Made by a program: the position numbers and the translations under genes. From Planctomycetota bacterium (GTDB lineage Bacteria; Planctomycetota; PLA2; JAEUHO01): 64,000 nucleotides of DNA. The first letter of the stretch is position 1; every line of letters begins with the position of its first letter. Location of the stretch: assembly GCA_050248855.1 (NCBI GenBank), contig JBFWRP010000009.1, positions 32,001-96,000 of the forward strand, read 5' to 3'. Below, piece after piece: positions 9,257-18,388 of this stretch. The notes below the pieces were generated by a model. The model had not been told where the DNA came from, did not search any database, and saw nothing but the letters and a program-made list of their open reading frames with translations.

Positions 9257-9552
9257 CGGAGGCGGACTACCGGTTCGACGCCGAGCTGTTGGCCGAGGCG
9301 CGCCTCGGGATCGTTGCCGCCCTGCTGGCCCGTCCCGAGGCCACCTTCAGCGAGCTGAAGGACCTGCTTGGGCTCACGCAGGGCAATCTCGGCGCCCACC
9401 TCCAGCGCCTCGAGGCCGCCGGCTACGTCACCATCACCAAGGCCTTCGTCGGCCGGCGTCCCCGCACCACCGTCGAGCTCACGGACGCCGGCCGCGCCGC
9501 TTTCCGCCGTCACGTCGACCGCCTCCAACGTTTCCTGGACGGGGGAGCCTAG
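9253..9552 (+). CDS. Winged-helix transcriptional regulator (ArsR/MarR-like)
   Basis: RLGIVAALL...FSELKDLLGLTQGNLGAHLQRLEAAGYV...RPRT...LTDAGR. GTGA overlap with the upstream stop. Confidence 0.88.
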   Translation: MTEADYRFDAELLAEARLGIVAALLARPEATFSELKDLLGLTQGNLGAHLQRLEAAGYVTITKAFVGRRPRTTVELTDAGRAAFRRHVDRLQRFLDGGA

Positions 9553-9570
9553 GCTGGCCCCCTTCGGGAG

Positions 9571-11472
9571 ATGCGCATGCGTCTGTTCATGCCCCTGATC
9601 ACGGCCCTCGTCCTCATCGCTACGACGGCGGAAGCGAAGGAGCCGGCGCAGGAGCAGGCCGAGCGGGACGCAGCCATCCGGAAGTCCGTCGCCGGACTGC
9701 GTGCGCTGCTCACGCGCGAGCCGCCCGCCACGCTGGCTGACGTCCTCCATCCCCAGGCCCACTACGACGCCCTCGAGCGTGCCGGGTACTTCGTTCGTGT
9801 CCCGGAGCGCGCCCGCGACGCTGTTCGCGAACGGTTCACGAGCGTCCTGCGAACGGTGTTTGCTCGCAAGCCGCTCGAGAAAGTGTTCGGGGCAGCACGC
9901 GATCTGGTCGTGCTGCGCATCGAGGAGGGCGAAGCCGCGAGCCAAGCGACGGCACTCGTCCGACTCAGCCTCGCACCGGGCGAGCGCTCGCACGTTCGAT
10001 TGTGCTTCGACCAGCGCGACGGCCATTGGAGCTTGTACGACGTCGAGTACTTGGACAGCGGCATGTTCCTGTCGACGGAGGCGGGCCTGATCCTATCCGC
10101 GCTCATCGAGGGGACGGCCGACGACGCTTCGCGGACGGCGAGGTCCGTGACGGCCGCCAACGCGGCCCGGGAGACCGGCGACCTCTCCGAGGCCCAGCGC
10201 CTGCTCGACGAGCTTCAGGGCAGGGAGTTCCCACCGCCCCTACGTGCCGCGATCGAAGTCCTCTCCGCGCTCGTGGACATCGACGCGGGCAGGGCTCAGG
10301 AGGCCCTTGTCCATCTGGATCACCATCAACAGATCATGCCGACGGCAGCGATCACGGAGCTGGTTCGGGCCCGCGCGTTGAACGACCTGGCCGAGCACGC
10401 CAGTGCGCTCGAACACGCCCGGCGCTACGCGGAGGCCATCGAGCACGACGTCGTGGTGGACGTGGAGATCGCGCGCGCCCTACTGGGCATGGATCGTCGC
10501 GAGGAGGCGGCAACCGTGCTCTTGGCGACGCTGGACGATGCGCCGGGTGACCCGGACGCCCTCATGTGGTTGGCGCAGATCCTACCCGCCGAGCGAGAGG
10601 ACGAGTTGGCCAGGCGTCTGGCCTACTTGCGGGATCCCGCGACGAAGTTCGAGCAGATCGCGGAAGAGCTGCTGGACGCAGACGCGTTCGATGCGCTGGA
10701 GCGCGTCACGCGCGCCGTCGCACCGCGCCTGCCGGGCCATCGCGACGTTCCCTACTACGAGGGCCTGCTGCTGGGGCGACGAGGCCAACACCGCGAAGCC
10801 GCAGCCAAGCTGGAGGAGGCCTTGAAGCGCGTTACCCCGGACGTGCAAGAGGAGCTGCGCTTCTACTACGTGGACGCGTGGCTGGACGAGATGATCGAGA
10901 GTGGCCAGATCCCCGAGGCCATGCAGCGTGCGGCCGAACAGGATCGGGCCAACGTGTTCGACAAGCTCCACTTCCATCTGAAGGACACGATGAGCCCACC
11001 GGTCTACGCTCGGCTTCTGGACATCGCCGCCGAGCTCCCCGAGCTGAAGCGTCGGGTCCGGTTCGAACGTGCGGATCTGCTTCGCGAGGAAGGCAAGTAC
11101 GCCCAGGCCGCCGAGCTCCTGATGCCCTTGCGCCGTGAGCTGCTCCCGCAGGCCGACATCCTCGAAGGCGCCGAAGCGCTGCTGATGTTCCACGTGGATG
11201 ACGCACTCGTTCGGGCTTTGGCGCATCTGAAGCGATGGGACGAAGCCCTGGACGTCGCCCAGGCGTTCGAGGCGCGTGAAGGCTCTGCGAAGTACCTCGT
11301 CCTGGTCTACGCCCTGCGCCAGGACCCCGCGAAGGCGATCCACTACATCCAGCTGGAGCGCGAGCGCGACAACGGCCCCAAGTGGCTCTTCCACGATCCC
11401 GACCTCGCCGGCATCCTCTCCACGGAGCCCTACCGCGAGATCCGCGAAGCCCTGCTGGGTGAAGGGGACTGA
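9571..11472 (+). CDS. Secreted tetratricopeptide-repeat protein
   Basis: Signal peptide, N-terminal alpha/beta domain, multiple TPR-like helical repeats. Confidence 0.75.
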   Translation: MRMRLFMPLITALVLIATTAEAKEPAQEQAERDAAIRKSVAGLRALLTREPPATLADVLHPQAHYDALERAGYFVRVPERARDAVRERFTSVLRTVFARKPLEKVFGAARDLVVLRIEEGEAASQATALVRLSLAPGERSHVRLCFDQRDGHWSLYDVEYLDSGMFLSTEAGLILSALIEGTADDASRTARSVTAANAARETGDLSEAQRLLDELQGREFPPPLRAAIEVLSALVDIDAGRAQEALVHLDHHQQIMPTAAITELVRARALNDLAEHASALEHARRYAEAIEHDVVVDVEIARALLGMDRREEAATVLLATLDDAPGDPDALMWLAQILPAEREDELARRLAYLRDPATKFEQIAEELLDADAFDALERVTRAVAPRLPGHRDVPYYEGLLLGRRGQHREAAAKLEEALKRVTPDVQEELRFYYVDAWLDEMIESGQIPEAMQRAAEQDRANVFDKLHFHLKDTMSPPVYARLLDIAAELPELKRRVRFERADLLREEGKYAQAAELLMPLRRELLPQADILEGAEALLMFHVDDALVRALAHLKRWDEALDVAQAFEAREGSAKYLVLVYALRQDPAKAIHYIQLERERDNGPKWLFHDPDLAGILSTEPYREIREALLGEGD

Positions 11473-11480
11473 CGGCTCGT

Positions 11481-13304
11481 TCAGTCGCCGATCCGTAGCA
11501 CGCTGATCTCGTCGGGGCGGACGATGACGATCTCGTCGGGCAGGCGCTGGCTGCCGACGCGGACGTGGAAGCGGTGGGAGCCGGGTTCGAGCGGGCCGAG
11601 GACGGTGCCGGGATCGACGCGCGGCGCCAACGCCACGTCCCGCTCAGCCTCGGTCTGTACGCCCCCCACGACCAGGGGGAAACCGTCCGCTCGCGAGACG
11701 CGGAGCGCACCAAGCCGCGCGTCCGGCGGCCGCGTAGGCGCGACGACCAGCCAGCCGCCGAGGACGAAGGCGAGCTCGACGCTCTCCCCCGGGGCGCGTG
11801 GGACCGGCGGTGCGACGCGGCCGTCGGGGTGGTAGGCACCGACCCGCGTGCAGGCGTCCGCTTCGAAGCCGTCTACCGACCAGGTCCAAGCGCTTCGGGG
11901 AGCGCCGCCGTCGGCGTCTCGTGCGTCGGCCCGCTGGTGGAAGAGGCGTCGTCCTTGGTCGCTGCCGAGCAGCACGGGCAGGTCGTTGGCGATGCCGAGG
12001 GCCGGGTCGGGAGGATCGGCGAAGGGTGCCGTGACGTGGAACGAGCTCGCGGCGCGCGGCGGCTGGGTCTGCCAATCGATCGCGGGCGGCCGCGACGGGC
12101 TCCAGCCGCGGATCCTCTCGTCGGGAACGAGCTCCACGTAGACGTCGGTCCCATGCGCCGCGATGTCGATCTCGCGCGGAGGTACCCGCAACATGCCCGC
12201 AACGCGGACCTCGAGCGTGGCGGGGCCCAGGGGCGCGCGCTTGGTGAACGTCATGGGCGCCGCACCGCCGTTGGCGAGGACCAGCGACTGGTGCCCAAGG
12301 TACGTCCGGCGGCCGCGGATCGATGCCCACAGCGAGGTGGCCAAGCGGGTTTCCTCGCGCGGCCAATGCGCAGGCAGGGGCTCGCGAACCCGGAGATGCA
12401 CGTGGAGCGGGCCAAGCGGCAGGGCTTCGACGCGTACGATGTCCCCCGCTCGCACCTGCTGCGGGCTGGCGTTCCATTGCACGGTGGGCGTAGAGCCGCC
12501 CCGCGCCGCGTCGCGAGCGTGCACCAGGCTGGAGTACGACTCGTAGCGCATCCAGGCGGGGACGTGCAAGACGGCTTGCGAGACGCCGGGCGGGACGAGA
12601 CGCCGGACCGCGACCTGGTACGCGTCACGACGACCGGGCGCCAAGAGCGCATCCACGTCGTTCGAGAGCAGCGCATCCAGGGAGACGCGTAGCGGGTGAT
12701 CGCGCACGCCGGGGCCGACCTCGAACGTCACGGCTCCTGTGGGCGTCGGCGCAAGCTGCACCACCTGACGCGCCTCGCGCGCGCGGACGTCCAACGCTTC
12801 CCAGCGCCGCCCCTGGTCCACGAGGAGGAACACGTCCCACGGGCCTTCGCCGTTGACGACGAGCTCGACGGGCTCTCGTACGCCCTCGCTAGCCCGCTCG
12901 ACACTCGTCACCTCGTCCCAGCTGGTTGCACCGGGTGCGCCCGCGGGCAGCACGTAGACGCGGTAGTGGCCCTCGTCCCCCACGAGCTCGAGTCCCTCCG
13001 CGGTCACCACGAGCACGGACGCGACCTCGAGCCCGCGAGACGGGCCGTGCGTCGTGCGCGCCTCCTCGACATCCCCCGCCGAGGAGCGCGGCGGGCCCGA
13101 CGCCAGGGAGGGGCCCTCGGACGCAGATCGCGCATCGGTATCCGGGCGGGGCGCCTGCCCCCTCAGGGAGAGCGCGCTGGTGTCCTCCAGCGGCCGTGCC
13201 GGTCGCGGATCGACGTCGGGGCGGGCGCCCACCCCGGCCAGCCAAGCCACCACGACCAGTGCGAGCAGCAGCACCCCCGACACGCCGACCGCACGCACGC
13301 GCAT
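11481..13304 (-). CDS. Hypothetical membrane-anchored protein with beta-sandwich-like domains
   Basis: N-terminal TM helix, low-complexity linker, beta-rich remainder. TATGTT lies 6 nt before the ATG. Confidence 0.6.
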   Translation of the reverse strand: MRVRAVGVSGVLLLALVVVAWLAGVGARPDVDPRPARPLEDTSALSLRGQAPRPDTDARSASEGPSLASGPPRSSAGDVEEARTTHGPSRGLEVASVLVVTAEGLELVGDEGHYRVYVLPAGAPGATSWDEVTSVERASEGVREPVELVVNGEGPWDVFLLVDQGRRWEALDVRAREARQVVQLAPTPTGAVTFEVGPGVRDHPLRVSLDALLSNDVDALLAPGRRDAYQVAVRRLVPPGVSQAVLHVPAWMRYESYSSLVHARDAARGGSTPTVQWNASPQQVRAGDIVRVEALPLGPLHVHLRVREPLPAHWPREETRLATSLWASIRGRRTYLGHQSLVLANGGAAPMTFTKRAPLGPATLEVRVAGMLRVPPREIDIAAHGTDVYVELVPDERIRGWSPSRPPAIDWQTQPPRAASSFHVTAPFADPPDPALGIANDLPVLLGSDQGRRLFHQRADARDADGGAPRSAWTWSVDGFEADACTRVGAYHPDGRVAPPVPRAPGESVELAFVLGGWLVVAPTRPPDARLGALRVSRADGFPLVVGGVQTEAERDVALAPRVDPGTVLGPLEPGSHRFHVRVGSQRLPDEIVIVRPDEISVLRIGD

Positions 13305-13458
13305 GGCGCGAACATAGTCGATGGGGCGGGCGCCTGCCGGGCCCGGAGTGCGCAACGCGCGCAGAACGGACGCGCGCCAAGAGGTCAATGCCAAGCGGCC
13401 CCGCCGAGCAGGAGACCGACCGCAGCACCGCCCCCGCGGCTTGACCACCCCGGGACGG

Positions 13459-13532
13459 TGGGCCCGGCAGGACTCGAACCTGCAACCAAGGGATTATGAG
13501 TCCCCTGCTCTGACCGATTGAGCTACGGGCCC
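13459..13532 (-). tRNA. tRNA with CAU anticodon, most likely tRNA-Ile2 (lysidine type)
   Basis: GGGCCCGTAGCTCAATCGGTCAGAGCAGGGGACTCATAATCCCTTGGTTGCAGGTTCGAGTCCTGCCGGGCCCA forms a full cloverleaf. G1-C72 is paired, so it is not an initiator tRNA. CCA is not encoded. Confidence 0.92.
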
Positions 13533-13533
13533 G
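13492..13533. repeat. att direct repeat copy 1 (within the intact tRNA)
   Basis: GATTATGAGTCCCCTGCTCTGACCGATTGAGCTACGGGCCCG, identical to 18825-18866. Confidence 0.95.
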
Positions 13534-13626
13534 TGCTTGTTATCAGGGCTTTGCAGCCTATCCGAGGACGTAGGTACAAGCCCGTCAGCAGACGCACCAG
13601 CGCTTTGCTGACGGAGCGAGCATCGC

Positions 13627-14589
13627 ATGGCCTGGATCCGATGGCGAAACACGCAGCGCGGACGCCTCGCCTACGCGCAGTGGCGCGACCCCGAAGGCCG
13701 CGTGCGCAGCGAGCCCACCAACACCTCAGACCCCGAGCTCGCCAAGGCCATCCTCAACAGCGTCCAGGCCGAGCGGGAAGGCAAGCCGCCCGTCACGGAG
13801 CGCCTCACAGCGCAGCAGGCCGTGGATCGCTTCCTGGCCTACGTGAAACTCTGCCGGTCCAAGCAGACCCATGCGTTCTACGCGCGCCGGCTGCAGACCC
13901 TCCTCGATGCCTGGAAGGCGGTGCCGCTCGAACGCTGGTCGAGGGCCATGCTCGAGAGCCTGGTGGCCAGGAACGACTGGTTGCCGCGCACCATCCAGAT
14001 GCTCCGCAACGTAGCCAAGCGATTCCGGGGCTGGGCCCAGGAGGCCGGGATCGCCTGCCCCGACGTCGTCGGGCGCTTCAAGGGCCCCACCGTCCAGAGG
14101 TCCGACCCCAAGGCCCTGAGCGGCGACGAGCTCGCGGCGCTCCTGAAGGAGGCGCATGGGCACGCCCTCGAGCCCGCCATCGCCATGGCCGCCCTGGCCG
14201 GCCTGCGCTACGCCGAGCTGAGAGCCGTCGAGGCAAAGGACGTCGACTGGAAGCGCGGTGACCTGATCATTCGGGGGAGCAAGGCCCACACCGACCGGCG
14301 GGTGCCTATGAGCGAGCCCCTGCGCGAAGTACTCGCCCGCGCCGGCGTTGCCGCCGGGCCCGTCGTTCGCTTCAGCACCCACAGCAACGCCGTCAGGGCC
14401 CTCAAGCTGCGCTGCACCAAGGCGGGGATCCATCCCGTCGCGTGGCACGCCCTCCGCCACACGTACGGGACCAGGCTCGCCGCCACCGGCGCCGACCTGC
14501 CAACCATCCAGCGGCGAGCTGCGGGAGGCCCACAGGGTGGTCTGCCTGATAACGCCACGAAGCGTCGTGAAGCCTTGGATTCTTTATGA
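13627..14589 (+). pseudogene. Tyrosine recombinase/integrase truncated before its catalytic His/Tyr
   Basis: AGLRYAEL, GSK and WHALRHTYGT are present. After LPTIQR (~14514) the expected LLGH...T..Y segment is replaced by unrelated sequence. Confidence 0.85.
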
Positions 14590-14860
14590 GGCAGGGCTCG
14601 CACGAGGCGCATGGGCTGAGCGGGTGTATGGCTGTCTTTTCGGTGTGCCTATGCACGAAGTCGCGGGTCCGTTCAAGGCGCTTCAGAATGCTCCTGGAGA
14701 CGGCGCGCACCTTGTGAAGCAGATGATGCAGATTGGTCGCTCCGCTGGACTCAGCCCACACAAGCCATCCATCGAGCGCCTTTGCAACGAGTTCGAGCAG
14801 AAGATCGCTGCGATCGACTTTGGGGCTTCGGCGGAGGCCTCGACTGATCCTGTAGCCTAG
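14514..14860 (+). pseudogene. TIR-domain protein remnant lacking its N-terminus
   Basis: The alternative frame reads ELREAHRVVCLITPRSVVKPWILYEAGLA...GPFKALQ, the typical bacterial TIR PW..EAG motif. Confidence 0.7.
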
Positions 14861-14910
14861 TCGACCAACTGGCGATCCTGAGCCAGCAGCAACGGTCGCT
14901 AGCGGAGGGA

Positions 14911-15372
14911 ATGGGTGAGTTGCGAAGGGCCGTCGAGCTTGTCGCTCACGCTGGGGTGAGAGGGGCAGTAGGGGATCCAGGCTTGGCGGGGCCGCACAGC
15001 CGACACTTGATGGGGATGTACCTCCGTTGGGCGGCCCTCTCAAGGGAATCCGGCAAGCTTGAAGCTGCCATGGGCTATCTCTGGGCGGCGGTGCGCCTTG
15101 GCAGTGAGGCCCAGGACCTTCCGGTGCCCGCGCGCGAGTCGATGGGCCGGCCAAATCTCAAGAAGTGGCTACCAATCATCCAACGCCAGGGCGCTGAACT
15201 CGCCACTCAGTTGACCACGAGTCGCAGCAGGCGAGGCCGTGCCGATCTTGAGCTCGCCTTGGCGATCCTCTCTGAGAGTGAACTGCTCCGCGAGGCCTGT
15301 ATCGATGCGCTGGGGTCGGACACTCCGAGCAATGACGCCGAATCGTCCTCCGCGTCGGCGGACGGGAGCTGA
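14911..15372 (+). CDS. Hypothetical helical protein, possibly the frameshifted C-terminus of the TIR protein
   Basis: Frame is open from ~14848 (LVDQLAILSQQQRSLAEG...) and overlaps the TIR stop. Confidence 0.45.
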   Translation: MGELRRAVELVAHAGVRGAVGDPGLAGPHSRHLMGMYLRWAALSRESGKLEAAMGYLWAAVRLGSEAQDLPVPARESMGRPNLKKWLPIIQRQGAELATQLTTSRSRRGRADLELALAILSESELLREACIDALGSDTPSNDAESSSASADGS

Positions 15373-15496
15373 CCACTTGGACCGCGGCAACTGCTGCCAA
15401 GCTCACCCCGTACTCTTGTCCGACACCCGCTCACGCAATGGCGCGACCGACGTGAGAGCCTACAGCCGCTTGCATGCGGGATGCGAATAGGAGCGA

Positions 15497-16657
15497 CTAG
15501 AGTTCCGTCTGCTTCCGCAGTTCACGGAGTGTGAGCTGCTCGTGCTCCCGCCCCGTTCCCGCGTCCTCCATCAAACGCCGCGTGACTTGCAGCACGTACC
15601 GGGCGGGCGTCATGGTCACACCGAGAAGTGCGTTGCCTGAACTCTCATCGACGACCCCCGAGTAGTCCTTGCCGTCCGCGGTAGCGATACGCCACTTCCC
15701 TCCGCGCTCGTCAACCATGTAGAAACTTCCGACAAGTTCCAATGGTTCCTCAAAAAGCTCCGTACGCGCAGTGAGCGCACGGTAAGCCAGCATCGCGTCT
15801 CGTGGCTGTATGCGCTCAGCCCGAACATGACGCCCCCCTGGCCCCGTCCAAGCCACCGACACTGGCGTACTGGCCTCATGTACGAACCTTAGGAAGCTCT
15901 GAAAGGAGGTTACTAGGTCCACCGGGATCTCGCGCGCCAAGGACACGAGGTCATCGGGGGTTGCCGAGGAGTGGATGAGGTCACTGACCACCTCCAGCCC
16001 CCGTGATGCGCGCGTGTTCTCCATCAGATCGCCGAGGTCCCTCGACTGGAGGTGCACTTCGAAGCTGCCTGCCGAGAACGCGACGACCTGGAGCGCATCC
16101 ATCGAAGCCATCCCGTCACGCTTCGCCTTCGGGCGATCCTTGATCCCCCGGCAGCCCAAGCGCACAAGCGTGGCGAACCGCTTGATGGCCTCGGTCAGAG
16201 TGCTCGCGTTCACGACCCCAGAAGCAACTGCCTCCCTTGGCTCAAGATGCAACACAGCTGTCGCACGGTTGGTAGCCAGCGCACGCCGAATCAGCCCACT
16301 CTCCATGCCCTCCTCTGATGCCGGGACTGCGCCATAGAGCGGGCCGGGTCCTGGAAGCCAAGCCGGCGGCACATCTGCGATGTCCGAGATGCGCAGTTCG
16401 TTCGTTCCGTCATTGGTCACCACGGCCTTGTGCAGTGGCAGGACCTCGGGCTCAAGAACTGCCGTCAAGACTTCAACGACACCGGAAAGCACATCGGCAA
16501 CTCGCTCCGCGGACACACGGACGCACAAGTACGTATCCGCGGATGCAGATCGCTCCACCAGGATTGCTAGATACCTCGTACCGACGGTGTCAATCAGCAC
16601 CCCGGCCTGCACCCCGTCCACATACTCAAGGACCCTCTCGAGGCGCGCGGTCGTCAT
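15497..16657 (-). CDS. DUF6575-like protein
   Basis: N-terminus LEYVDGVQ...GTRYLAILVE...YLCVRVSAER resembles DUF6575 from recollection. Central GSFEV motif and OB-like C-terminus. ATGA coupling to the upstream gene. Confidence 0.65.
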   Translation of the reverse strand: MTTARLERVLEYVDGVQAGVLIDTVGTRYLAILVERSASADTYLCVRVSAERVADVLSGVVEVLTAVLEPEVLPLHKAVVTNDGTNELRISDIADVPPAWLPGPGPLYGAVPASEEGMESGLIRRALATNRATAVLHLEPREAVASGVVNASTLTEAIKRFATLVRLGCRGIKDRPKAKRDGMASMDALQVVAFSAGSFEVHLQSRDLGDLMENTRASRGLEVVSDLIHSSATPDDLVSLAREIPVDLVTSFQSFLRFVHEASTPVSVAWTGPGGRHVRAERIQPRDAMLAYRALTARTELFEEPLELVGSFYMVDERGGKWRIATADGKDYSGVVDESSGNALLGVTMTPARYVLQVTRRLMEDAGTGREHEQLTLRELRKQTEL

Positions 16658-17073
16658 GCCGTACCACCCGGAGATGCAGCAGCATGAACCCCCGACGCAG
16701 GGTCGAACTCTGAGCAGCACCACCAAGATAGGTGGCCCGGGCCATGGGTAGGCTTCATGCAGCCATCCCCCTTGCTCAGCGTGTACCCAGCGACATGTGT
16801 GTCGCGAAGTTTCGGCCACTTACGTCTGGCTTGGCAGGCCTCGATGGTCTCGAACACCGAGAGGGCAAAGGGTATGCAGTGTGCGTCCGGCCCTTCGTAG
16901 GTGCGGCCTGGATGCAGCGTGGCCGAGGGAAGGAAGTCATGGTCTGTCGCGGGAACAGACTTGACCAAGCGGTACACGACCTCGACGACAGGATCGCGGA
17001 CGCCAGTTGGTGGGCAGCACGCGGGCAGATCCTCCCTCCACCCCTTGTCACACGGACCACTTGCCTCACACAC
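16654..17073 (-). CDS. Small protein with putative ADP-ribosyltransferase/RES-like fold (candidate toxin)
   Basis: LPACCPP...VYRLV...DF...ALSVF...G...T..PGHLSWW shows an R...S...H pattern. Stop overlaps the downstream start. The start codon is uncertain. Confidence 0.55.
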   Translation of the reverse strand: MCEASGPCDKGWREDLPACCPPTGVRDPVVEVVYRLVKSVPATDHDFLPSATLHPGRTYEGPDAHCIPFALSVFETIEACQARRKWPKLRDTHVAGYTLSKGDGCMKPTHGPGHLSWWCCSEFDPASGVHAAASPGGTA

Positions 17074-17616
17074 ACAGCCCCCCCAGCTCGAGAGTCCGTC
17101 CCTGGGCGTGGAGAGTAAGTGAAGCGCGGCGGCCACGCGCGGGTCTGTACTGCGGGGCGTGGCGGCAAGTCCTGCCATGCTCACCTCGACGTCGGCGGCG
17201 GCAGTCGCCGACGACCAGACAACCACCTTACTCGCGACGACCAGCCATCCTCATCAAGGCGCCTGAGGCGCCCCTGCAGGTCCCGCACCGCCCTGTCCTC
17301 GGGCCCTAGCCTTCCTCTCCCGGGGGCGGGACGCCGACCCGTGGACCGCCTTGAACCATCCACGACGCTTCTTTCACGCGCCGCGCGCCTGGCCTCTCCT
17401 CTCTCCTGACCAGGGGGAGCCTTCCGGGCTCCGCGGAGGCGCACCCTATCCACGCAGGGGGACACCTACAGGTCACAAACAGGTGGACACAAGATGTTGT
17501 ACAGTAAACACTTGTGACCACGACCCCTAGGTCACGGCGCGGCAAATCGCACTGCCTCGGACAAGGGAGCCTTCGTAGGCGTGCCGCCCGCAGCCGTCGC
17601 GGGTACGCTACGCGCG

Positions 17617-18042
17617 ATGAGCCACGCCCGAAAGCCGGCCGTCCAGGCGCTGCTCGTCTGTGACCAAGTCTACCAGGACACCCAGACCAACAAGATGGTC
17701 GTGGCCGGCACGTTCACGCAGATCTTCGCATCGGAGTTCCCCGCGGTTCACGCGCAGTGGTGCGTCTACGTGCGGCTCGTCGACTTCAAGGGCCCGGCGT
17801 CGCTTCGGCTCCGGGTGGTCGACCTCGATGACGACAGTGTCGTAGGCTCGCTGGGGCCCGTGAAGTTCGAGATGAAGGACCGCCTCGTCGGGGCCGAGGT
17901 AGCAATCAAGATGCCGCCCCTCCCGATCCCCCACGCTGGGGCCTACGCTCTCGACGTGCTGTGGGGGGACGAGGACGTCCCCCTCAGCTCATGGCGGTTC
18001 GTCGCCCAGCCACCTCCCGGAAAGAAGAAGAGCCATGGGTAG
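17617..18042 (+). CDS. DUF6941-like beta-sandwich protein
   Basis: P.VQALLVCDQV..D..TNK..V.GTF..I....FP pattern and GAY.LDV. Overlaps the hicB-like gene. Confidence 0.7.
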   Translation: MSHARKPAVQALLVCDQVYQDTQTNKMVVAGTFTQIFASEFPAVHAQWCVYVRLVDFKGPASLRLRVVDLDDDSVVGSLGPVKFEMKDRLVGAEVAIKMPPLPIPHAGAYALDVLWGDEDVPLSSWRFVAQPPPGKKKSHG

Positions 18043-18388
18043 CAACATCCTCACCGCGCCTGGCGACCTCGGCGTCGCGCCCAACGCCGTGGAGACCCTT
18101 CCCGCGGTCAAGCCGCGCTTCAAGTGGACGGAGTATCGGCACAACGCTCGCCTGCGCTTCGACGTCGCCTGCCGCACCCTCGAGAACGGTCACGTCCTCG
18201 TGTTCGCCACCAACCTGCCGGGCGCTATGGCTCAGGAGCGCAGCTTCAAGAAGGCCCTGCGCTCCTTCCGGGCGGTCCTCGCCTGCGTGCTTGATCTCCA
18301 CCAGGAGAGCGGGCAGCCCATTCCCTTCGAGCAGGTCGAGCTCGAGGATGGCGACGAACTCTGCGCCAGCGTCGAGGTGGATGTCTGA
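18035..18388 (+). CDS. hicB: HicB-like antitoxin with N-terminal extension
   Basis: VFATNLPGAMAQERSFKKAL......L.....ESGQPIP matches the HicB core. Sits upstream of hicA. Confidence 0.75.
   Translation: MGSNILTAPGDLGVAPNAVETLPAVKPRFKWTEYRHNARLRFDVACRTLENGHVLVFATNLPGAMAQERSFKKALRSFRAVLACVLDLHQESGQPIPFEQVELEDGDELCASVEVDV

Noticed and set aside
13459..13532. Initiator tRNA-fMet
   Set aside because: Positions 1 and 72 are paired and the anticodon stem ends in an A-U pair rather than three G-C pairs. Elongator Met cannot be fully excluded.
13627..14589. Functional integrase
   Set aside because: The C-terminal His and catalytic Tyr segment is missing and replaced by out-of-frame TIR sequence.
17080..17460. 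Short ORFs in the middle of the island
   Set aside because: No recognisable motifs or consistent starts. Probably decayed or non-coding sequence.
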